DNA of 64,000 nucleotides from an uncultured Ignavibacteriales bacterium. Its GTDB lineage: Bacteria; Bacteroidota; Ignavibacteria; T3Sed10-11. A program made the translations under genes and the position numbers. The notes under the pieces are model-generated. The model worked only from the letters and a program-made list of their open reading frames with translations. It made no database searches and was not told the origin of the DNA. Of the stretch, positions 39,229-49,094 are shown piece by piece. The DNA lies in assembly GCA_964495085.1 (NCBI GenBank), contig CAZBUK010000003.1, positions 4,528 through 68,527 of the forward strand, in the 5' to 3' direction. The first letter of the stretch is position 1. Every line of letters starts with the position of its first letter.

Positions 39229-40980
39229 ATGCGCATCAATACGAAATTTTTCAGATTCTGCATTCTCGCATGCATACTTAGTCTTCATGGATGTACCGAC
39301 CGGGAAGATATCGACCTGAATATTATTGCCGAGGTAGGGGATAATTACCGCATAACCTTTCCCGAACTGCGCACATATACCGTCGAAAATTACCTGAATC
39401 ATATTTTCCAGGATCAGATAGAAGCACATGAGACGGCACTGGATCAAATGATCGTTAATCAATTGAAGCTGATGGATTTCTTTGCAAAAAACCTGCATGA
39501 GAATGATGAAATCATGCAAAGCATACGACGCATAATTAACGAAGAGATGACTATACACTATTTTGAAAAAAAGTATTTGGCGAATTACATCAATGAACAG
39601 TCAATCGCCGACGCATATGAACAGATGAAGAAGGAGGTTATTTATAAACAGATTGTTATTCCCAAATCAGAAGTAAACGATACCGCAGTTCATGCGAACT
39701 TGCGGGAATTGGTTGCAAAGATTCAATCCGACATCGAAGGTGGAGAGGATTTCAGCAAGCTGGCGTCGCGTTATTCTCAAGACACTGAATCAGTCCGTAG
39801 AGGCGGTTATATGCCTCAGCTTATCTGGAAGAATCTCGGGAATCCGATCCAACAGATCATATTCCGATCAAACGCAGGCGATGTTCAAAGCATCGAAACC
39901 AGGAACGCTTTTTACATTGTGAAAGTCGAGAGGATTAACGAAATAAGCGTTCAACCTTTTGAAAACGTCAAAGATGAAATCATGGAAACGATGAGGCAGC
40001 GATATTTTCAACCTAGTCTTGACGAATTCGAAGATGAAAAGAGACAATCTCTAGAGGAACAGACTCTTGAATGGAATTATAACGGATTGACTCAGATTGT
40101 CGAATGGTCGAACACACCGAACTTCTATGAACTACATTACTCCGATACTCTGCAACGGGCGATCGACGATGGACGAAACTTCATGATCGTTACCTACAGG
40201 AACGGGAAAGTCGATCTTAAAGGATTTCAACTTTTGCTCGACGATATTTCAACAATCAGACGAGGAGGTAATCTGAAAATAAACGATATAAAAGATTTCA
40301 TCGTCGAGGCATTACGTACGGAAATCATTGTGAGGCGGGCATACGAGCTTGAGCTGGATAAAGACATCCTGCATGCGTATACGACAAATCCCGTGTTGAG
40401 AAATAGAATTGTAAGATTGTATAACGGGCATGTTATAGATGAAAGCATTCCCGAACCGACCGATGCATCGCTCCGTCGTTTTTACGATGAGCAGAAAGAT
40501 TCATTGTTCCATCAACTAGCTGTTGTCAACACGTATGTATTGCTCTATTCGGACGCCGAAGAGGCACGTAACCAATGGCAGCGGATTACGGAAGGCGCTG
40601 CATTCGAGGACTTGGCAGACCGGTGGTTAGTCAAATCTTTCGTTCGGAGCCGTGACGGAAATATCGATTCTCATATGAGCACGGAATATCCATTTTTAGG
40701 CGAAACTGCATTCGGAATGGAAGTCGGTGAAGTACAGGGTCCGGTCGAATATACCGATCCGGAGAATGGAACACAGTATGCTATACTAAAATGTGCCGCC
40801 CGACGGCCTGAGAAAAAGTTAACATACGATGAAGCGAATACTACAATTGAACAAGAATTTAAAAAATATAACCGTGAAAAGATCGAGACTTCGATCCGCA
40901 AACAACTGTGGAACAAACACTCGGTTAAGGTCTACCCGGACGCTTTATTACATCATTTAAAAGAGAAGGAAATAATCTGA
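39229..40980 (+). CDS. Parvulin-type peptidyl-prolyl cis-trans isomerase (SurA/PpiD-like periplasmic chaperone), lipoprotein
   Basis: Lipobox ILACILSLHGCTD. The PpiC/parvulin domain is ...IVIPKSEVNDTAVHANLRELVAKIQSDIEGGEDFSKLASRYSQDTESVRRGGYMPQLIW...FYIVKVERI. Confidence 0.65.
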   Translation: MRINTKFFRFCILACILSLHGCTDREDIDLNIIAEVGDNYRITFPELRTYTVENYLNHIFQDQIEAHETALDQMIVNQLKLMDFFAKNLHENDEIMQSIRRIINEEMTIHYFEKKYLANYINEQSIADAYEQMKKEVIYKQIVIPKSEVNDTAVHANLRELVAKIQSDIEGGEDFSKLASRYSQDTESVRRGGYMPQLIWKNLGNPIQQIIFRSNAGDVQSIETRNAFYIVKVERINEISVQPFENVKDEIMETMRQRYFQPSLDEFEDEKRQSLEEQTLEWNYNGLTQIVEWSNTPNFYELHYSDTLQRAIDDGRNFMIVTYRNGKVDLKGFQLLLDDISTIRRGGNLKINDIKDFIVEALRTEIIVRRAYELELDKDILHAYTTNPVLRNRIVRLYNGHVIDESIPEPTDASLRRFYDEQKDSLFHQLAVVNTYVLLYSDAEEARNQWQRITEGAAFEDLADRWLVKSFVRSRDGNIDSHMSTEYPFLGETAFGMEVGEVQGPVEYTDPENGTQYAILKCAARRPEKKLTYDEANTTIEQEFKKYNREKIETSIRKQLWNKHSVKVYPDALLHHLKEKEII

Positions 40981-41041
40981 TACACAACGCACGAGATCTT
41001 TAATTTTTCCTTTTTTCAAATCAGACGTTTACATTAAATCA

Positions 41042-43402
41042 ATGCTCAATATTCGCGTAATTACTCTCAATCTACTGATTATTTCCGCCTGCATCCTTTG
41101 TTTTGAGATTGTTGCGACGCGAATTACTTCGGTTATATTCGTCAACAATTATGCATTTATCATTCTATCTCTTTCTATTCTCGGGCTAAGTTCAGGCGGG
41201 ATCTATTCGTATTATAAGATCAAAACGAAAAGTGAAAAACAGCTCTCGAGAACACTAAGGACAACATTGGTTTTGCTTGCTTCCGTACTGATACTATATA
41301 CTTTGGCCGTTACGCAACTTCGTATTATCGAAAATTCCGTCTTTTATTTTTTCCTCCTGTTTATCCCGTTTTTTTTCGCAGGGATATTTTATTCCCAGAT
41401 TTTTAAAAATTATGCCGCCTTCAGCTTCAAAGTATATGCCGCTGATCTGAGTGGAGCAGCCATCGGAGCAATCGCCGCAATAGGAGCCATTATTTTTCTC
41501 GGGCCGATATCAACGGTCTTAACTCTGTGTTTTCTGGTTTTCGGGTGTGCGCTGAGTTTTAGGGACGGCCGTAGTAATAAACGAGTCCAGGTAATCGGGT
41601 ATCCTATCCTTTTGACTGCAATTATTATTATGTTTATTTTCGGCAAAACAATCTCACCTGGTTCGATTCCGATCGGTAATTTTCCGGAGAAAGATTTTTA
41701 TCATGTCTACCCACATTTGAATGTACATTCAGAGATAATAGAAAGCCGCTGGAGTATTTTCGGTCGATCCGATCTCGTTCGGCACAGCCACCAGGATATG
41801 GTTAAACATCTATTTATCGACGGCTCGGCGGGCTCCCAAATGTTTCGATTCAACGGGGATATCAATAATCCCGGTCCGATACTCAGTAACCTTTTATATC
41901 GTTTTACTAACTTTATACCTTTTTTATTTTTATCGGAGCACGAAAAAAATAGTATGCTCATCATAGGTCCGGGAGGCGGTAAAGAAGTATTAACCGGATT
42001 ATTAGCGGGAGTAGATGAAATCACCGCCGCTGAGATAAATCCTGATTTTGTCAACATTGTAAAAGACTACAAAGAATATAACGGCGGCATCTATACGGAT
42101 TTTCCTAATGTACATATTATCGTACAAGAAGGCAGACAGTATGTCAAGCAGGAAAACAGACAGTACGATTTGATCGTCATGGCGCTCCCCTCCACTCAAC
42201 AGGTACAAAACATTGAAAACTATGCGTTAAGTGAAAATTACCTCCTCACCGTCGAAGCGCTAATGGATTACTTCAAAACTCTCACTCCGGAAGGGAGAAT
42301 AATCTTAACAGTCTACAATCAGTGGGAGCTTAAACGATTAATAGTTACGGTTATTTCCGCGCTTGATATATTGGGTATAGATAAAACTTCGGCAATTAAT
42401 CACTTCAAAGTTATTGAAGACGAATACTCCCCGACACTTGTTATTAAAAAAAATCCGTACTCAGAATACGATGTATTTCATCGTCTGGATTTTATGAAGG
42501 ACATGCCCGACGATTTTCCCGAAATATCGTTTTTACCGTATCAATGGAATAATCTCTCGGGTTCAACGGTGAACCGTTTATTATCAGACATATACTCGGA
42601 TCGGATTCCTCTTCGAACGATCATCAGGCAGCAGCCGGTTGATATTTCCCCCTGTTATGACGATAGCCCGTATTTTTATAAGATCCAACGTGGTATACCG
42701 GATAATTTCATTCTTTTATTCGGCATTGTCGGTATATGTAATCTCGGAATAATCGGCATTCCATATCTGCGTATCAGGAAGAACAATCGAAGGAGGAAAA
42801 AAGACACCGGACCGAAGTACCGGTTACCGTTGCTATTATTCTCCTGTCTTGGGATGGGATTTATGATACTCGAGGTATCACTTTTTCAGAAACTCGTTCT
42901 GTACTTAGGTACGCCGACAATTTCTCTTTCTATTCTCCTCAGTTCGTTACTGGTCGGAATGGGTTCGGGAAGCCTCTTCGGGTATAAAATATTCGGTGCC
43001 GATCATATTATACGTTTATTCCGCGTCAGCCTGTCGATCGTCCTTATGGGCGTGATTGTGATCATGCTGTATCCGTACCTCCTCGATACATTGTTGGGGT
43101 CGGGTTTGCTATCCCGGGCAGTTATCACTTTTTTTCTCCTGCTCCCGTTCGGTTTCCTGTTGGGTATTCCGTTTCCCACAGGTATCCGGTTGTTACGGGA
43201 TGTGAACATGGAAATATACATCCCGTGGATGTATGCTATTAACGGGACTATGTCGGTATTGGGATCGATTCTTGCGGTAACTCTCTCTATGTACTTTGGG
43301 TTCACTCCCGCCTTTTTTACAGGATTATCGTTTTATCTGATAATCGCAATCTTTTCATTCAATGATATGAAAAAGAAAACCCTGACAGCGAGTAGTTCAT
43401 AA
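41042..43402 (+). CDS. Polytopic membrane protein with an embedded spermidine-synthase-like (SAM-dependent aminopropyltransferase fold) domain
   Basis: There are about 7 N-terminal and about 5 C-terminal hydrophobic helices. The central soluble region LIIGPGGGKEVLTGLLAGVDEITAAEINPDFVNIVKDYKEYNGG...VHIIVQEGRQYV...YDLIVMALPS matches the spermidine-synthase family core, including the GGG(D/K) and D-L-I-V-x-D-like blocks. Confidence 0.55.
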   Translation: MLNIRVITLNLLIISACILCFEIVATRITSVIFVNNYAFIILSLSILGLSSGGIYSYYKIKTKSEKQLSRTLRTTLVLLASVLILYTLAVTQLRIIENSVFYFFLLFIPFFFAGIFYSQIFKNYAAFSFKVYAADLSGAAIGAIAAIGAIIFLGPISTVLTLCFLVFGCALSFRDGRSNKRVQVIGYPILLTAIIIMFIFGKTISPGSIPIGNFPEKDFYHVYPHLNVHSEIIESRWSIFGRSDLVRHSHQDMVKHLFIDGSAGSQMFRFNGDINNPGPILSNLLYRFTNFIPFLFLSEHEKNSMLIIGPGGGKEVLTGLLAGVDEITAAEINPDFVNIVKDYKEYNGGIYTDFPNVHIIVQEGRQYVKQENRQYDLIVMALPSTQQVQNIENYALSENYLLTVEALMDYFKTLTPEGRIILTVYNQWELKRLIVTVISALDILGIDKTSAINHFKVIEDEYSPTLVIKKNPYSEYDVFHRLDFMKDMPDDFPEISFLPYQWNNLSGSTVNRLLSDIYSDRIPLRTIIRQQPVDISPCYDDSPYFYKIQRGIPDNFILLFGIVGICNLGIIGIPYLRIRKNNRRRKKDTGPKYRLPLLLFSCLGMGFMILEVSLFQKLVLYLGTPTISLSILLSSLLVGMGSGSLFGYKIFGADHIIRLFRVSLSIVLMGVIVIMLYPYLLDTLLGSGLLSRAVITFFLLLPFGFLLGIPFPTGIRLLRDVNMEIYIPWMYAINGTMSVLGSILAVTLSMYFGFTPAFFTGLSFYLIIAIFSFNDMKKKTLTASSS

Positions 43403-43417
43403 TACAAAGGTGCTCGT

Positions 43418-45985
43418 ATGGATTCTATTGTAATTAAACTGACAGGCATAATATTCCTGGGAACGTGTTTTTATGCATTCGGATTATTACCCGTTGCTGC
43501 GCAGAACCTCAAGCTGAATGACCTTGATTACTTCGAAGCACGGGGAATAAATATCCTCGTATTCAGCAATCCACCGGGAGGCATGTTCAACGATGCGAAG
43601 ACAAGCGGGGTGGAAGTAATTCATCACGGTGTCAGAACCGTGACCAACGGCGACGTCCGGTTACGCCCTACACCCGGACAATGGGATGAGTTCGGTCACT
43701 TCATTGAGCGCGCTGTACATAGGGACGGGAACAGCATAGAGGCAAAGCTCGAATATCCCGATTACAATTTTACCTATACCGTAAAAGTTACGGCAAGGAA
43801 CGGAGGAGTGCTTCTGAACGTGATTCTCGATTCTCCTCTCCCGCAGGCTCTGGAGGGTCGCGCCGGATTTAATCTCGAGTTTCTTCCGGCGGCATACTTT
43901 GAAAGCATGTATTATATGGACGGTTCGGGGAACCTCTTCCCGCGTCACCCCGCCGGCTTGATGAACGCCCTTGAAACCGTCAAAACGGAACCTGAACCAC
44001 TTGCGCGCGGGAAAACGTTTATCGCTGCTCCCGGTGATCCCGCCAGGCAAATTACCGTCAGTTCCAAGATGAACGACCTGTCCCTGTTCGACGGAAGGAA
44101 CCAGGCACAGAACGGATGGTATGTTCTGCGCAGTATGATCCCCGGGGGCGTATCGGGCGCCGTTGTCGAATGGTTCCTTACTGCGGAGACAATTCCCGGT
44201 TGGATTCGTCCTCCGATGATCGCGTTTTCACAGGTCGGATACCATCCCAACCAACAAAAGAGGATCGTTATCGAGCATGATAAAAACGATAATCGGCGTC
44301 CCGAAGCCAGGTTGGTTCATATTACCCCGGAAGGAAAGACCGTCGAGAAGTATAAAAGTAACGTAAAGGAATGGGGGCGCTATCTGCGATACGATTATGC
44401 AATCTTCGATTTTTCCGAGGTGAAAGATACCGGAATCTATCTCGTCGAGTACGGTGGAGAAAAAACAAAGCCGTTCCGGATCGACCGGAATGTGTATGAT
44501 AATGCGTGGCACCTTACCCTCGATGTGTTTTTTCCCGTACAGATGGATCATATGCTCGTCAGGGAAGCGTACCGTGTCTGGCATGGGGCATCTCATCTCG
44601 ACGATGCGCTCCAGGCGCCGGTAGACTATGTACACTTCGACCTCTATGCTCAAGGTCCGACTACCGATACTCAGTTTGAACCGGGCGAACATATACCGGG
44701 ATTGAATATCGGCGGCTGGTACGATGCAGGAGACTACGATATACGCACCCAATCACAGTATGCAACCGTGCTGAACCTTGTCCGTGCGTGGGAAAATTTC
44801 AGTATAGAGAGAGACAACACGACGGTAAGTCAGCATGAGCGGTATGTCGAAATCCATGCTCCCGACGGTCAACCCGATATACTCCAGCAGATCGAACACG
44901 GAACGCTCGCGTTGATCGCTCAACACCGGGCCGTCGGCCACGCGATTCCGGGTATCGTCGCCGCGCATCTGTATCAGTATACCCATCTCGGAGACGGATC
45001 GACGAAAACCGATAATCGAATTTATAATCCGGATCTGGATACAGTTAATGTAAAATTTCAATCCGGAAGGATGTTTCGACCGGTGACCACGGCTCCCCGT
45101 CCCGGTACCCGGTCATTGAAAACGGACGGATTGACGAGCGGTCTGTTCGACGATCGCTGGGCATTTACCAGCAGATCAACGTCGTTAAATTACGGTTCTG
45201 CAGCGGCGTTGGCAGCGGCATCCCGCGCATTAAAGGGATTCAACGACGAGTTGGCGGAAGAATGCCTTACAACGGCCATTCGGGTATGGGATGAGGAGCA
45301 GAATGGGGAGCCGTTTCTGTTTCGCTCGGGAAATACAACCGGAGGTATTTTGGAGATCGAAAAGCTGAATGCCGCCGTCGAACTGTTGATAACGCTTGAG
45401 GACCGGGTATATGCCGATACAATTCGGGAATTGGTTTCAGCGGTTGAGCAGAGGTTCGGTTTCGCAGCTATCCCGATTGTACGTGCGCTTCCTTACATGG
45501 ATGACGAATTCAGAGAAAAAGTAGAGGAAATGGCCCGGGATTACAGCAATCAACTGGAACGTTTCCGTGAGCTAAATCCTTTCGGTGTACCTATTACGAC
45601 CGGAGGGTGGGCAGGCGGGGGAGCGGTGGTCCAATCCGCACTTACGAATTACCACCTGTATAAAGCCTTTCCGGAATTGATCGATCCGGAATATGTATAT
45701 AGAGGTTTGAGCTACATATACGGCACTCATCCGGGCTCAAATATTTCTTTCGTATCGGGCGTCGGCGCCGAATCGCAGCTTGTCGCTTATGGTATGAATC
45801 GTGCGGACTTTTCCTTCATCCCCGGCGGCATAGTACCAGGTGTCCTCGTATTACCTCCCGATTTCCCGGAAAACAAAGAAAACTGGCCCTTCTTCTGGGG
45901 TCAGAATGAATATGTGATCACGCTCGGTTCCAGTTATTTATTACTGGTTCATGCGGTTATCGATTTACTTCACAATGATAGATAA
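43418..45985 (+). CDS. Glycoside hydrolase family 9-like protein with an N-terminal Ig-like/CelD_N-type region, secreted
   Basis: GH9 signature GGWYDAGDYDIRTQSQYATV. A second GH9-like block is SAAALAAASRALKGF, and C-terminal blocks are SYIYGTHPGSNISFVSGVGAE and NEYVITLGSSYLLLV. It has an N-terminal signal/anchor MDSIVIKLTGIIFLGTCFYAFGLLPVAAQ. Confidence 0.6.
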   Translation: MDSIVIKLTGIIFLGTCFYAFGLLPVAAQNLKLNDLDYFEARGINILVFSNPPGGMFNDAKTSGVEVIHHGVRTVTNGDVRLRPTPGQWDEFGHFIERAVHRDGNSIEAKLEYPDYNFTYTVKVTARNGGVLLNVILDSPLPQALEGRAGFNLEFLPAAYFESMYYMDGSGNLFPRHPAGLMNALETVKTEPEPLARGKTFIAAPGDPARQITVSSKMNDLSLFDGRNQAQNGWYVLRSMIPGGVSGAVVEWFLTAETIPGWIRPPMIAFSQVGYHPNQQKRIVIEHDKNDNRRPEARLVHITPEGKTVEKYKSNVKEWGRYLRYDYAIFDFSEVKDTGIYLVEYGGEKTKPFRIDRNVYDNAWHLTLDVFFPVQMDHMLVREAYRVWHGASHLDDALQAPVDYVHFDLYAQGPTTDTQFEPGEHIPGLNIGGWYDAGDYDIRTQSQYATVLNLVRAWENFSIERDNTTVSQHERYVEIHAPDGQPDILQQIEHGTLALIAQHRAVGHAIPGIVAAHLYQYTHLGDGSTKTDNRIYNPDLDTVNVKFQSGRMFRPVTTAPRPGTRSLKTDGLTSGLFDDRWAFTSRSTSLNYGSAAALAAASRALKGFNDELAEECLTTAIRVWDEEQNGEPFLFRSGNTTGGILEIEKLNAAVELLITLEDRVYADTIRELVSAVEQRFGFAAIPIVRALPYMDDEFREKVEEMARDYSNQLERFRELNPFGVPITTGGWAGGGAVVQSALTNYHLYKAFPELIDPEYVYRGLSYIYGTHPGSNISFVSGVGAESQLVAYGMNRADFSFIPGGIVPGVLVLPPDFPENKENWPFFWGQNEYVITLGSSYLLLVHAVIDLLHNDR

Positions 45986-46054
45986 TGTAAAAGATGTTTC
46001 CTATTAACGATAGTATTTTGACCCGAATGATTGTACAGGTGAAGTAATATTATC

Positions 46055-46114
46055 TTGACTTTTCTTATATTATATTGTAGATTGAAATGATTAAAATTGT
46101 ATTGAATCATTTCA
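46055..46114 (+). promoter_or_regulatory. TTGACT hexamer plus an 11-bp inverted repeat TTGAAATGATT-N10-AATCATTTCAA upstream of LacI copy 3
   Basis: tatcTTGACTtttcttatattatattgtagaTTGAAATGATTaaaattgtatTGAATCATTTCAAaaa. The half-site AATCAtTTCAA resembles the AATCAgTTCAAT repeats upstream of both TonB-dependent receptors. Confidence 0.45.
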
Positions 46115-46196
46115 AAAACAGCTCCCGTTCGTTGGATATATTCAAACTGATTTACGAAATCTTGATTTATTCTCCCCCTTCTTCAGGAGGTTTGAC

Positions 46197-47261
46197 ATGA
46201 AAAAGGTGACCATTGATGATATAGCCCGCGAAGCAGGCGTATCAAAGGGCACTGTGTCTGCCGTTATTAATCAGAAAAACACCGTAAATTCCGAAACCCG
46301 TGAAATTGTTCTCGATACGATGAAGCAGTTGAATTACAGACCGAAGGGAAGCGCCCGAAATCTACGGAGGGTTAAAAAAGGATATGCAAGTATCGGACTG
46401 CTCGTCCGGGAACTTGACAATCCCTTTTATACAACGCTCGCATTGGGAGTTATGGAGTACGCCATCAGCAAAGGCTATCTGGTATTCATCGCCAGTTCCG
46501 AAGGCGATCATAACTCCGAGGATAAGATCACTGACAGTTTTGCGGTAAGAGATATCAAAGGTGCAATCATTGCACCGGTTCTCGAAGGTACGGCGGAAAT
46601 TGAACATCTCTTCGAATTGAAAATGATCAATTTCCCATTCGTCCTCCTCGAAAGCGTCAAAGGCATACAAGCGAATGTAGTGAGCATTAATAATATAAAG
46701 GCGATGAAGGAAGCGATCAAATATCTCATGGATAACGGACATTCCAGGATCGTTCATTTCGCCGGTCCAAAGCATGCCTTTCACACTTATGAGCGAATCG
46801 ACGGATTCAGAAGAGCTTACAGCGAGAGCCGTTTCGCCTACAGCAACGATATGATCGTTCCGACCGGCGCCCTCCTCGAAGACGGGCATCGAACATGTCA
46901 CGATTACTTCAGGAATCGAAGCAGGGAAGATTATCCGACTGCCATTGTCTGTTATAACGATCTCGTTGCCCTCGGCGTCATGACGGCGTTGGCGGAACTC
47001 GATATCCAGGTTCCCGACGAGATCTCCGTCATCGGCACGGACGATATACCGTTCTCGAAGAATATACCGGTTAAACTAACTACCATACAGGCGCCCATTC
47101 GAGAGCTCGGACGACGCGCCGCGGAGATACTGATCAGAAATATTGAATCCTCCGAGTCTCTACCGATCGAGAACATCGTACTGAACACAAATTTAGTGAT
47201 ACGTGAATCAACCAGAGCGTTAAATCCGGCCCGTATGGGGATGATGGTCGAAGGCGCTTGA
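46197..47261 (+). CDS. LacI-family transcriptional regulator (copy 3). It is a paralog of the LacI gene at 22846..23880.
   Basis: MKKVTIDDIAREAGVSKGTVSAVINQKNTVNSETREIVLDTMKQLNYRPKGSARNLRR. The sugar-binding core is nearly collinear with copy 2. A strong SD CAGGAGG precedes the ATG. It lies upstream of xylB-xylA. Confidence 0.9.
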   Translation: MKKVTIDDIAREAGVSKGTVSAVINQKNTVNSETREIVLDTMKQLNYRPKGSARNLRRVKKGYASIGLLVRELDNPFYTTLALGVMEYAISKGYLVFIASSEGDHNSEDKITDSFAVRDIKGAIIAPVLEGTAEIEHLFELKMINFPFVLLESVKGIQANVVSINNIKAMKEAIKYLMDNGHSRIVHFAGPKHAFHTYERIDGFRRAYSESRFAYSNDMIVPTGALLEDGHRTCHDYFRNRSREDYPTAIVCYNDLVALGVMTALAELDIQVPDEISVIGTDDIPFSKNIPVKLTTIQAPIRELGRRAAEILIRNIESSESLPIENIVLNTNLVIRESTRALNPARMGMMVEGA

Positions 47262-47556
47262 ACTGCGGCCCAATCGACTCACTGAAGTTCTTCTAAAATA
47301 TATCCAGGGCGGGAGTCAATTTCCTGCTACCACTTCGCCGGTACCACGGAAAGAACCGCTCAACGCAAAGCACGCTCTACCTTTACCGGCATCCTACGTC
47401 GACGTCTTGTAACTCCCGGCTCTTCGTGGGCTCGCTCCATCAGCGAATATAGCTTGCATGACCCGGATACATTCCTTATCGGATCCCGCAAGTACTCAAC
47501 AAAATATCAATCGGAGAACCTTTCATCCTATTCCCGCAGGCATCGTTCCCCGAAGA

Positions 47557-49083
47557 ATGACCAGACAAATGCTCTCACTCGGCCTTGACATAGGAAGTTC
47601 ATCCATAAAAGCTGCACTGATAGATATCGATTCCGGCGCTCTTGTCGCCCAGGATTCATATCCGAAAGAAGAAATGCTCATTTCGGCTCCGCGTCCCGGA
47701 TGGGCAGAACAGGATCCCCAGGTCTGGTGGGAATGTGTCGGGATCCTCGTGCACCGTCTCAGGCAATTGCCGGGTGTTGCCGCAGAAAAGATCGCCTGCA
47801 TCGGTATCTCCTACCAGATGCACGGTTTGGTGCTGGTCGACGATCTGCAACGAGTGCTCAGACCTTCGATTATATGGTGCGACAGCAGGGCGGTTCAAAA
47901 CGGAATCAGAGCGCTCGATGTGCTCGGAGAGGAATTCTGCCAATCCCATCTCCTCAATTTCCCCGGAAATTTCACCGCGGCAAAATTCGGATGGGTAAAA
48001 GAGAACGAGCCGGAGATAGCAAGCCGGGTATCGAAGATGATGCTTCCCGGCGATTACATTGCGATGCGTCTGACCGGTGAGGTTACAACGACAATATCGG
48101 GATTATCAGAAGGAATCTTATGGGATTTTACGAAAGATAAAGTGTCCCCTTCGGTCTTGGAGCACTTCGGACTCACTGAGAACATTCTTCCGAAGATCGT
48201 TCCAACCTTCTCAGTTCAGGGAACATTGACGAAGAGCGCAGCCGCGGAACTCGGCCTCGATCCGGCGACGGTCGTCTCCTACAGGGCAGGTGACCAGCCG
48301 AATAATGCACTCTCGCTTAATGTGCTGGAACCGGGAGAAGTTGCGGCAACGGGAGGAACATCCGGTGTGGTTTACGGCGTCACCGATAACCGGCTCCCCG
48401 ATCCGAGATCCCGGGTCAACATTTTCGCGCACGTGAACCATACCGAAAAGCAGCAACGACTGGGTATTCTCCTCTGCATAAACGGAACGGGTATCCTGAA
48501 CGCGTGGCTCAAACGGAATATCGCAGGCGGTGCGGGGTACGATGCGATGAACATTGAGGCAGGTGCGGTTCCTGTCGGATCGGAGGGCTTGACCGTCCTT
48601 CCGTTCGGGAACGGAGCCGAGAGAGTGCTTGAAAATGCAAATATCGGAGCTCACGTGCTCGGACTTGATCTGAACAGGCATTCGAGGGCTCATCTCCTGA
48701 GAGCCTCTCAGGAAGGAATCGCATTCTCGTTCAGGTACGGTATTGATATCATGCAGGAACTCGGACTCCAGGTGTCGGTTATCAGAGCCGGGAGGGAGAA
48801 CCTTTTCCTGAGTCCGTTGTTCCGTGAAATTCTTTCAACAGTTACCGGCTCCGAGATAGAATTGTTCGAAACGAATGGAGCTCAGGGTGCGGCCCGGGGT
48901 GCCGCGGTCGGCGCCGGTTATATCAGATCCCTGGAAGATCTCTCCGGCACCTATTCCGTATCGGAAAGGATCACCCCGGTTTCTTCGATGGCGGAACCCG
49001 CACATCAGGCTTACGAGTTGTGGCTGGAGCGCCTTTCGGGGATTATGGTGGATTCTTCAAAACTATCAAGTGTGCATGTTTAA
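47557..49083 (+). CDS. xylB: Xylulokinase (FGGY family)
   Basis: FGGY N-terminal motif [23 protein letters not shown]. Motifs [15 protein letters not shown] and C-terminal [11 protein letters not shown] are typical of D-xylulokinases. Its stop lies 11 nt before xylA copy 2. The track ORF is 47458..49083; I start it at the ATG at 47557. Confidence 0.8.
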   Translation: MTRQMLSLGLDIGSSSIKAALIDIDSGALVAQDSYPKEEMLISAPRPGWAEQDPQVWWECVGILVHRLRQLPGVAAEKIACIGISYQMHGLVLVDDLQRVLRPSIIWCDSRAVQNGIRALDVLGEEFCQSHLLNFPGNFTAAKFGWVKENEPEIASRVSKMMLPGDYIAMRLTGEVTTTISGLSEGILWDFTKDKVSPSVLEHFGLTENILPKIVPTFSVQGTLTKSAAAELGLDPATVVSYRAGDQPNNALSLNVLEPGEVAATGGTSGVVYGVTDNRLPDPRSRVNIFAHVNHTEKQQRLGILLCINGTGILNAWLKRNIAGGAGYDAMNIEAGAVPVGSEGLTVLPFGNGAERVLENANIGAHVLGLDLNRHSRAHLLRASQEGIAFSFRYGIDIMQELGLQVSVIRAGRENLFLSPLFREILSTVTGSEIELFETNGAQGAARGAAVGAGYIRSLEDLSGTYSVSERITPVSSMAEPAHQAYELWLERLSGIMVDSSKLSSVHV

Positions 49084-49094
49084 CGAGGGCTGCA

